Positions 53,523 to 64,000 of a stretch of DNA of 64,000 bases are shown one piece after another (positions within the stretch are counted from its first letter, which is position 1; every line of letters begins with the position of its first letter). The notes below the pieces were generated by a model that was given only the letters and a program-made list of their open reading frames with translations, was not told the origin of the DNA and searched no databases. The stretch is from Eledone cirrhosa (Eukaryota), in contig OZ024743.1 in assembly GCA_964016885.1 (NCBI GenBank), forward strand, positions 53,444,001 through 53,508,000, read 5' to 3'. The position numbers and the translations under genes are program-made.

Positions 53523-56500
53523 CTAAGGCGGGTAAAATTCCCGAGATCCATGGACAAGTTCTCTCCAGCGGTCTCTGTCCCTTATCATCGCTGCCATATC
53601 CTGCATCTCCAACAGACCAGTGTCTGTCCTTAGGGCATCAACATATGTTAACCTTGGTCTTCCTCTTCTAGTGTGTCCATGTAGGGGCTCCCAAAGGAGC
53701 ACTGAGTGCAATGTCAACTCTGGATGTCGGTGAGCATGTCCAGCCAACCTCAGTCTTCTCTGTGTCACTTTTGAGCTGACTTTTGGGATGCTCCCATACA
53801 GCTCTGAGTTTTTCATCCTCAGTGTATACTGATTAATGTTCAGAGCCATCCTCAGCATTCTCGTGTAGCACCCATCCACCATCTGAGTGAGTCTCTTGGT
53901 CAGTGTCCAAGTCTCAGACCCATACAGCAGCACAGACTCCACTACAGCAATGAAGAGGCGGATCTTCAGGTCTCTACGAAGGTCCGACCTCCACACCGAT
54001 CTCAAGCTGTGACACGCCGCCCAGGCCCTGCTCCTCCTCTCAACCACATCATCTTCCGTATTCCCAATCTTTGCTCCCAAATACAGGAAGTCCTCAACCA
54101 ATTCCAGCGGCCTCCCGCCCACATTAGTTATCCCCTCCGGCCTCTCAACATTCTCCACCAGATACTTTGTTTTAGTCTCATTCATTCTCAGCCCCACACT
54201 CATCGACACAGTCTCAACCTCCCGCATCAAATCCTCTGCCTCCTTCACTGTATTTGTCACCAAAACTATGTCGTCGGCAAATTCAGCATCCGATACCTTT
54301 TTCGCCCCAACTCTCCTGCTCTGAGCCGGTGCTACAGTAAAGCCAGAGTCCTGGTGTTTCTCCAGTGCAAGGCGCATACAATAGTCCACTACGATGATAA
54401 AAAGGTAGGGAGCCAATGTATCTCCCTGGAGCACTCCAGCCAGTATCTCAAAGAACTCTGTCATCCCATCAGGTGTAATGACTTGGGCTTTGGTGTTGGT
54501 GTAGAGCAGTGATATCAGGTCCACTATCCTCTTGGGGATTCCATAAGCCTGTAAGATCTTCATCAGGCAGTAACGGTCCACAGAATCAAAGGCCTTCCTA
54601 AAGTCAATGAAAACCATGACCGCAGGAAGGCACTTTGCTCTAGCTCCCTCTAATATCCTCCTCAGCATCAGGATGTGACTGGTGGTTGATCTACCCTCTC
54701 TGAAGCCGTTCTGGTTGTCCCTGAGCTTCTTCTCCATCTCAGGCTGGATCCTGTTAAGAATCATCCTGTTGAGGGTCTTTGCCACAAGTGACGTCAGTGA
54801 GATCCCCCGGTAGTTGTTGGTGTTAGAGAGATCTCCCTTCTTTGGCACTGGGACGATGTTACTGATCCTCCACTGATTCGGGGCAACTCCTTTCTCCAGT
54901 GCCCCGTTACAGAACCCCAGGATGATATCATCAAAATCACACCTCTTCATCACCTCTGATGCCACTCCATCCTCTCCGTGAGCCTTGCCCTCCTTGATCT
55001 TCTTCTTGGCTCTCTGAAGCTCCTCTCTGGTGAAGGGCTCTGTCTCAACATCCAGTTCCTCAAACAGCCGCCTGATCTCCCCAGTGCTCTGGGCTGTGGA
55101 GGGTGGCTCTCCTAGTAGGGTCCTAAAATGGTCTAGCCATTTCCTCTTCCTATCCTCGGGCCCCGTTCCCTGGATCTGACTCGAACACCTTTTCTTCCTC
55201 CCTGTGATCTCGTTGATGATCATCCAGCTCTCCTTACATCCAGATCTGTCAACCGTTCTCTCCACACTTCTGATCTTCTCTATCAGTGCCTCCTCTCTGA
55301 CCTCAGTGTAAGCGGTACAGAGCTCTTCCCTCATCACCTCCACAGTCTCCATCCTCTACTCCGTAGGATCAGCATAGAATTGGTCCCTGGCAGCTTTCAG
55401 GTGTTCTCTGGCTGCACACACTTTTGGGTTTGCAGAGCTGACGTGCTTCCCTTTGTTCTTTTTCCTCGGCACCAGGGTTTCACTTGCTTTCGCCACTGCA
55501 TTGGTGAAGTGCCCGTACCTCCTCGTCACACTCTCCTCAGTCCATCCAATCTCTCTCTCCTCTGACTCTCCACACAGAGCACTAAACCTGTTTCTCACTT
55601 CCACTGTGAACCTCTCCTGTAGTTTATCATCTTCCTTGAAAGCTCCCCAGTCATAGATTGTTCTCCGGGGCTGAGCCTTGCTCTTTCTTAAGCTCACGCG
55701 GACCTCACTCATAACAAGCCGGTGGTCACTACCCAGTGTACTGAAATAGCTGTATGGTTCCGTGTTCAGAACACTATTCCGCCACTTTTTCCTCACCAGA
55801 ATGAAATCAATCTGGGACTTGGACAGGTGCATATCTGAGATGTAGGTCCACATCTTCCCCAGATTCTTCCTAAACCTTAGGTTGGTCGCCATCAAGTTCG
55901 CCTCCAGCAGGGTGTCTCTCAGTAGTCTTCCATTTCGGTTGGTGTTGTTATGGAAGTACCAGCAAGGATCTTCACTGCCCTCCTTAATCAGATGTGCATT
56001 GAAGTCCCCCAAAACAAGCAGGATATTGTGTGCCTGAGTGGTGTTGACAGCTCTACACACCTCCTCATGGAACTCCTCGGCATTCACATCACTGTCCCCC
56101 TCGGTTGGACTATAGGCTGAGATGACTGTCAGTCTTGGGTTTCCATTGAAGGTCACCCTCAACACTCGCGGGGAGATAGGCATTATTTCCCTCACCAACA
56201 GATTGGTTTTTGCACTGAACACAAAACCCACTCCTCCTACTGCAGCATTTGTTGTGTTCTTCACTGCCGATGTAGTGATGAGCTGGCTCTTCCTCCCGAT
56301 CATCACACTCCTCACGGGCTCATCGTGTAGAATCCTGTGTTCTTGGATCGCAAGTATCTGTATACCACTCTCCTCGAACAGATGTCCCAACTCCTCTCTC
56401 TTCTCCAGCGTTCGAATAGTCCTCACATTCAAAGTGCCCATTTTGATGGCTCTTCTGCAGGACAAAACTGCATTCTTTATATTTGTCTCAGAGACAGCTG

Positions 56501-56657
56501 ATCCATCATCCACTGGCCCTCTCTGTGGCTCTAAGCCAGCAGAGTCATAACGACCAGGTTGCTCCTTGACAGTGTAATTAGGGGCTCTAACCCTAGTGCT
56601 GTTAGATCGACTCTCCATATTTCTTTTCAATGGCTGACAATACCTTACCGGCGCCAC
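53523..56657 (-). pseudogene. RTE ORF (APE endonuclease + RT, ~1040 codons) split by one in-frame TAG at 55356-55358
   Basis: GTLNVRT, AIQEH, AYSPT, LGDFNA, QIDFIL, GSDH; NYRGISLTS, IDFRKAFDS, GVLQGDTLAP, FADD, YLGA, LLYGSETW, RRGRP; the 433-aa and 609-aa ORFs are in the same frame. Confidence 0.9.
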
Positions 56658-56830
56658 TCGAATAAGGTAGTTATTTAACCCATAAATGGAGCCCTAACAG
56701 GTACTACCACCCCGGGCCAGGGCAGACCTGGGAGTCATGACAACTAAGGGGTAACTCCACATTCCCCACATCTCCTGAACTCCCGAACTGGAGCCTTGCC
56801 ACTGGATGTAGTTTAATGTCATACCCAGCA
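53523..56830 (-). mobile_element. Near-intact RTE-clade LINE (single EN-RT ORF, short 5' UTR, (TAGA)n tail)
   Basis: Compact ~3.3 kb, no ORF1, no C-terminal zinc finger; the tail begins at the stop codon (CCT-TAG-ATAGATAGATG). Confidence 0.9.
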
Positions 56831-56984
56831 CAAACATATATGCGCAAACACACACAAATGCGTGCGCACACACACGCACACACACACATGCATTGAATAC
56901 GTAGGCGTGTTTCTTCTCAATGTTTCCGTTACTTTCTCTTCTCGCTGTCTATCTTTATGTTTCATCTTGTATTTCTTATTCTAA

Positions 56985-57099
56985 TTTCTAATGAAGGACT
57001 AGTGTCCGAAACGTTAAGACTCTTTTTCTATTATTTCAAGCGTTAAACTAATATATTTCTTCATTGGACTGTATCGTTTGCTTTGTTGTTTCTGTTTAC

Positions 57100-57100
<1 letters not shown>
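56985..57100 (+). mobile_element. PLE-type terminal stub with a degenerate hammerhead; inverted relative at ~61295-61350
   Basis: CTAATGA-a-ggac tagt gtcc-GAAA-cgttaagact; the minus strand at ~61310-61341 reads CTGATGA-agggctggcatcc-GAAA-agttaagact. Confidence 0.55.
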
Positions 57101-57185
<85 letters not shown>

Positions 57186-57296
57186 ACACACACACACACA
57201 CAAACTCACACACACACACACACACACATGCACGCACACGCACACATATGTATCTGTTTGTATGCGTGTAATCGTGTGTATGTGCAAATGTGTGTA

Positions 57297-57954
57297 CAAA
57301 GTGTGTCAGAAAAGTAACAGAACCTAGTGTACTGTGTGAGCTATGAGTGAGTTCAGGATTAGCGGGTTGCGTCATCGTGTGGCGTAATATCCGGGCAGTT
57401 TCCAACTGCGATCTCAGCTCTCTGCAGCCATTGTTTGTTTTTTTCACGTTTCTCAATTTTAGGCTGCCGAGTTATGGGCACAGAGCAACGAACCAACCTA
57501 AAGTTTCTGGTCCAACTGGGCGAGATTTTGATGGCAAATGAGCTGGGTATGAACCACAACATCGTTTCGAAGATTATCACCGAAGATTTGGACATGTGGA
57601 AGAGCTGCACGAAGATGGCACCGAAGCTGCTGAACGATGACCAGAAGGAGCAGTGCATGCAAGTGTGTCAGGACATTTTCGAGCGTCTTGAACAAGACCA
57701 GACTTACTGGGGAGAGCCATTATCGGTGATGAGTCAAGGGGACCCATTTTCATGACGTGGAAGCCATCAAGAAGGCTGCAGCGACGGACGTGCGGAGAAT
57801 CCCTCTAAGAGTGCATGTAGACGTGGCGGAGAAGGATGGGAAAATGCGTTAGATTCGAGGGTAATTATTTCGAAGGAGAAAATTTGTAGTTTGCAGTTTG
57901 GATTTGAAATATGCCTTTTGCGATCCCCAGTCCTGTTTTTTCTGACACACCTCG
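57297..57954 (+). mobile_element. Internally deleted mariner (Tc1/mariner) DNA transposon
   Basis: TA-caaagtgtgtcagaaaa...ttttctgacacacctcg-TA; EQRTNLKFLVQLG, ANELGMNHNIVSKIITEDL, MAPKLLNDDQK (WVP-motif position), IIGDES in a shifted frame. Confidence 0.88.
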
Positions 57955-57959
57955 TAGTG

Positions 57960-60780
57960 GAGGTAACGATAGAGAAGATAATGGAGATGTGGTTGTGATT
58001 GTGGAGGACCTGGTGGTGGCGTTCGTAGTTAGAGGATGGAAACAGGAAACAAAACGATTGTTTCGGATGTGAGAAACAAAATTTGAAATTTCTTAGAAAA
58101 TATTTTAAAATAAATTTCGAAGGAAATTTTGAGGACAATATTTGAGAAAACATTCATTAAAAATTTTCAAAAATTTTCCCAAAAATATTCTTCAAATTTT
58201 TTTCTAAAATTCAAAAATATTTCCCAAAATTTTTGAAAAATCAGCAAAATTTTCCTTTAAATTTTTCTGAAATTTATTTAAAATCTTGATTTTGTGAAAA
58301 GTTTGAGTAAAATTATCGTAATAGAAATTGAGGAAAAGTTTCGAACAATTTGGTGAAAGATTTAGAGAATTTTTCGTGAAATGTTTTCGAAAACATTGCA
58401 AGTGAAATACTTTAAAGACAATTTTAGTGTATCGTTTTAAGAAAAAATTTAATGAAATTTTTAATGAAAAATTTTGAAGATTAAAAAATAAACATTTCAA
58501 TGATATTTTTGAGCGAATTTTTTAAATCATAAACATAATTATAAAGCAAATATTTGAAAATATTTTGAAGAAAAGTTTTGAAGTAAAATATATCAAAGTT
58601 ACTTACGAAACATGTAAATTTTAAAAAAATATTCTCAAAAGTTTTTCTGCAGATAATTTTTTTACAAAAAAGTTACTGAAAACTTTTTGGGAAAATGTTT
58701 TTAAGATAATTTTCAGTAAAATTTTAGAAAATTTGAGAGATAAGTTTTTAAATGTTTTTTTCGAAAACCATTGAAAACATTTTGTTAATAATTTTGAGAG
58801 AATATTTGTGGAATTTTTTTATAATAGAAAATTTGAAGGGGCATTTTAAGAAAAATGTTTGGGAAAATTTTGAGAATAAGTTTCGAAAATATGTAACGAT
58901 AATTTTGAAAAAATTTTTGCTGTATTTTTTCGGAAACAATTTGCGAAATTTGCGAAATTTTTCAGGAAAAGTTGGTGGGAAACTTTTGACAAAAATTTTG
59001 ATGAAAATTTCGTAAAAAGCACAAAATATCTGATAAATTGTTTCGGATACACTTTCACATTACATTAACTTTCAAATCTAATCGCCCGCATTCTCTGTTC
59101 TCAGTATCATTAAGTCACTTTTATTTTATTTTATTATAATTCAAATGTACGTTTGAATAGAAACAATTTACTATTTATTTTGTTGATTATAGTGTAGGTG
59201 ATAAGAGAAGATAATAGAGATAGGGTAGAGTGTTGATGGTCGCTGCTGTGAGAGAATAGAACAGAGAACAAAAGGATTGTACAGGTATGTGAAAGTAAAA
59301 ATATATATATATATTAAAAGTTTTCAAAAGTCTTCATAAATTTTTCAAAATATTTCATCAAAATCTTCTTCAATTTCTTTTTCAAAATCCTTCATAACTT
59401 TTCCCAAAACTTTCTTAAACAATTTTCTTAAAACATTTCACAAGTTATTTCAAATATTTTACAGGAAATTCTATCAAAATCTTTTCAAAACTTTTCTTCA
59501 AATAATTTTTAAAATTCAAAAATTTTCCTTGAAAATATGTTCTTTAAATTTTTGAAAAAATCATCAAAATGTTAACAATTTTCTCAAAAATTTTCGAAAA
59601 TCTTCATTTTGTGAAAATTTGGGGAAAATTTTGCGTAACATTTTCGAAATATAACAGAAAAAATTTTTGTGAATTTTTCGTGAAATTATTTCGATAATAA
59701 TTTGAAAACATTTTAAAGAAAATTTTGTGAGAAATATTTGAAACGTTTTGAGGAAAATTTTGAGAAACGTTTTAAGAAAATTTTAAATGAAAGTTTTGGA
59801 AAATAATTTTGATGAAAATTTTTGAATAATTTTCCGAAACCTTTTAAAGATCTCATAACATAACACGAAGGAATCAACGCAAGAAAGCTGGTATAACAGC
59901 AAAATGCCGCCAATGACAGTATCGGGTAAAATTTACCTCAAACGACAGAAATCAGTGGTTAGAAGTGTATTGGCCCGCAGAGGTGATAGGAAGAAGGGAG
60001 CAAAGGAAGAAAATGGATGAGACAAAATCATAACAAACATCTTTTAACAGATCGACTGTGGTTTCGCGTTTTGATTTTTTAAAAAAATGTTGATTAAATT
60101 GTTGAGTAAAATTTTAAATCGTAGAAAAAATTTAAACAAATATTTGAAAATCTTTTGTAAAAAATATGTTTATCAAATGTGGTGTAAATTTTCAAAGAAA
60201 GTTTTTAAGAAAATTTTAAATAAAACTCTTTAAAAATTTCGCAAGTATTGAAAAACCTTTGTTAATAAAAAATGTTTCGAAAAAGGTTTCTGGAAGATTG
60301 TGAGTATATTTTTCGAAAGAAATGAGAAAAAGTTTCGAAAATATGTAAAGTGAATTTTTGGAGAATTCTTTTTCGAAAACATCTTGATGAAATTTTAAAG
60401 AAAATATTCTTTCGGCAACATAAATTGTTGCCGAAAGAATATTTTGAGAAAAATTTCGAAATAAATGTGAAGAAAAGTTTCGATAAAATTTTTGCTGAAA
60501 TAATTTCGGAAATATTTTGATGATTTTGTAAAGACAATATTCAAACAAATTTTTGCGGAATGTTTAAGGAAAATATTCAATGGAATTTTCGGAGAAAAGT
60601 TTGATGAAATGCTTAAAAATAACACAATCACTGAAAAATGGTGGATAAAAAGTTTTGCTAAGAAATTTCTCAAAAATTGAGAAAAATACTTCAGAATTCT
60701 TTTGTTAAAAAATTTTTCAGCATGTCTAAACAGGATTCTTCCACAGCTGTATGAAAACTGTGGAGAAAGAGATTCTTCAA
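57960..60780. repeat. AT-rich low-complexity region of AAAATTTT/TTCGAA runs with old kb-scale duplicated segments
   Basis: agagaagataat.gagat...aacaaaa.gattgt at ~57970 and ~59205; tttgtgaaaa.tt..aaaatt..cgtaa at ~58290 and ~59608. Confidence 0.65.
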
Positions 60781-60829
60781 TCAGATGGTTTCCGGCTTGT
60801 AGACACATAAGTTTTAATTTGTTGCTTTA

Positions 60830-61105
60830 ATGAAAATGGAAGTCACAGAAGAGCACATAAGACACACCAAGCTTTACGAGTACAAAAAATACAACAGGTG
60901 CTACGAATACTGTAAAAATATGCAATAAGTGTAAGGTGATGGTGTTTTGAATGATCGTAAGTGCCAAACACGGTTCAATAAATTTCAACAAGGAGACATT
61001 GAATTGGGAAATGGCCACCACTGAGCGCACTGTCTCTTTTGGTGGCCATTTTCCACACCAATTCGGACTGCCTGAAGAGGTCACAGCCAATGATGGCTGT
61101 CACCG
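60830..61105 (+). pseudogene. Possible decayed LTR-retrotransposon integrase fragment
   Basis: FPHQFGLPEEVTANDG resembles integrase F..FG.P..I.SDNG; upstream VKICNKCK resembles the zinc-binding CxxC. Confidence 0.35.
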
Positions 61106-61181
61106 AAAAATATATATATAGCAGTAAATTTATAATTTATAATAAACGAAGCCAAATTTTACATATTTGACTTACTTATTT

Positions 61182-61291
<110 letters not shown>

Positions 61292-61886
61292 CTATTAGTA
61301 GGAAAATAGTCTTAACTTTTCGGATGCCAGCCCTTCATCAGAAAATAGAATGAGAAATCAAAGAAGAAATAGAAAGATAGAGGAGAGTGGGCAATTGCAG
61401 AAACGAAACAAATTTTTCTGAGAGTAACACAGGTCCATTCAAGTTTCAATCCCTTGGAAAACTATATATATATATATATATTTATATGCACTCACAAACT
61501 GTCTTTATTTTATGAATGCATAAGAATGCGTTACTTATTTTCTATAAACTTTTCTGAAGATTTAGAACGAGAGAAAGTTGAACAATGTGCTCGAGTGACA
61601 TATAATACGTTATAGAGAAACAAAGATTAAGAAATGTTCAAAACGAAATACATAGATATAATGTCTGTGAGGTGAAGAACTAAATAAATAGACTGGCTAA
61701 AAGACGAAGAGGGTGGGAGGGAGAGAATGAGATCCTGTTAAAACATCAAACAACGTTGGTATTCCTTAGAAGACTAAAGAATGTGTATGGGGAGAGAGAG
61801 AAAGTGAAGGGAGAGATCGTCTTTTCAAATGCAAAGGTTCCATTCTAATCTAAGATCGTTAAAATAACTTTACACACACACACGCA

Positions 61887-61993
<107 letters not shown>

Positions 61994-62279
61994 CTATATA
62001 TGTAATGTATTGATTATTCTCTCATTCATTTACTGGTTTCAGTCATCAGACTGCGCGGCGATGATTCAAAAATACACATACAAAAAAGAAGTTATGAAAA
62101 GAGATAAAATAAATTAAATTCTATGAAATAAAAATCTACAATACGGCTTAATAGTCAAACAAACCACTTGTTTTGTTGATTTGGGTGGAAAACGAACGAG
62201 ACTAAAGTTTCCAGCATTGATCTTTAAAATCCGTTGGAAGCGTTAGGAATTAGTTGGTTTTATATACTTAGCAGCTACT

Positions 62280-62323
<44 letters not shown>

Positions 62324-62330
62324 TCTCTCT

Positions 62331-62413
<83 letters not shown>

Positions 62414-62563
62414 TCTCTATCTCTCTCTCTCTCACCACTCTCTCTCTCTTACTCATTTCTCTCTCTCACTCACCTCACTCTCTCATTCTCTCTCTTTCTC
62501 TCGCCTCAGTCTCTCTCACTCTCTCTCTCCTCACTCATTCTCTCGCTCTCAGTTTCTCTCACG

Positions 62564-62595
<32 letters not shown>

Positions 62596-63143
62596 ACCTC
62601 TCTTACTTTCTCTCACTTCTCTCATGCACTCCCTCTCTCACTGTCTCTCTCACTTTGTCCCTCTCATGATCTCCCTCACACAATCTTTTTCCCACATTCT
62701 CTCCCTCCGTCCCTCTTTATTTCACTCACACTTTCACTCCATCCTCTCTCACTCCCCCCTCTCTCTCCCTCCCTCCCTCCCTCCCTCCCTCTCTCCCCTT
62801 CTCCGATATTATCGCTGTATCGTTCAGGTCTCTATTGTTCTGTTCATCGCAAGACACACGCAAAGTTCATTGCAAAGTTTCAACATTTTTATCAAGAAGA
62901 TTTAGGTAAAATACTAAAGAAAAAATACGAAAATAGGCGCTATAGAATATAAGACGATAAGCAACCGAGGCTGAAAAACGCGAAATCTATATGAACGTAT
63001 GGACGTAAAAGTGCATATGTTTGAGTATGTATTGGTTCTATGCTGATAAGCATATATACGAGTATATGCATGCATATGTATATGTATGTATATACATATA
63101 TATGTATATACATGCATATATATGTATTATATGTATGTATATG

Positions 63144-63182
<39 letters not shown>

Positions 63183-63314
63183 CTCTATATGACAATGATG
63201 GAATATCCGGTTGGATTCGTTGCCTCTGATTGGTATATATTCAATCAAGCAATTAGACACTGGCACAGGCGCACACACACACACATACGCGCGCGCACAA
63301 ACACACGCACAACA

Positions 63315-63377
<63 letters not shown>

Positions 63378-63391
63378 ACATATATATATAA

Positions 63392-63450
<59 letters not shown>

Positions 63451-63585
63451 CGTGCGCGTCTGTGTGTGTGTGTGCGTGCGCATCTGTGTGCCTATCGGTG
63501 TGTACTGGGTCGCCTGCGTACATATACACACACATATACCTCCTCATTAAAATTACTTACATGAACACATAACAAAACCTACATT

Positions 63586-63664
<79 letters not shown>

Positions 63665-64000
63665 ACATAGTTCAAGAGTAACCAATCTTAAAGAGAGAGA
63701 TGCAGCAGATAGGAGAGGAGATATGAGAGGAGAGATTGGTGAATAAGTTAGAAGCCAACACGTAAAGGCATGTGCTCAATGTGCAGTATGCAGTAGAAAG
63801 CAGCTAGGTGGCTGGGTTTATGCAGAAGTTGGTGCGCAGAGCTGGAAATATTCATTAGTTAAGCAAAACAAGACCACAACTTTCACAAGGAAGACATTAT
63901 TAAAAGATTGTCAACATATTTTAGTTTGATGTAAGGAATCTTTTAAATATGTTAATTATTTTCAACTGAACCAGATCAATTATGATACATAGTAATCTGA

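Noticed and set aside
56650-56830. HDV-like ribozyme in the RTE 5' UTR
   Set aside because: A gac-tcccag-gtc P3/L3-like piece exists on the minus strand, but I could not find matching P1/P2 pairings

Overview
An AT-rich, repeat-saturated animal genomic window with no host protein-coding gene that I can support. The SINE families and repeat landscape look like an octopus/coleoid cephalopod genome (inference from recognised repeat motifs). Nearly all short ORFs in the track are translations of microsatellites. Real content: (1) six copies of a Tx1-clade (L1-group) non-LTR retrotransposon in two head-to-tail arrays (9485-17116 on +, 39661-44419 on -), including one near-intact full-length element; every junction lies in (ATCT)n/(GATA)n sequence in the same relative orientation, which suggests a GATA-microsatellite-specific, self-stacking retrotransposon. 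(2) A near-intact RTE-clade LINE (53523-56830, -) with one in-frame stop and a (TAGA)n tail. (3) Several Penelope-like element (PLE) remnants (RT/GIY-YIG) with minimal hammerhead ribozyme motifs, plus many palindromic stubs in (TA)n tracts. (4) A deleted mariner, a TTAA/piggyBac-type MITE, tRNA-derived SINEs, several minisatellites (one born inside a SINE, one made of perfect palindromes) and an unexplained 1 kb inverted-repeat element with GC-rich cargo.
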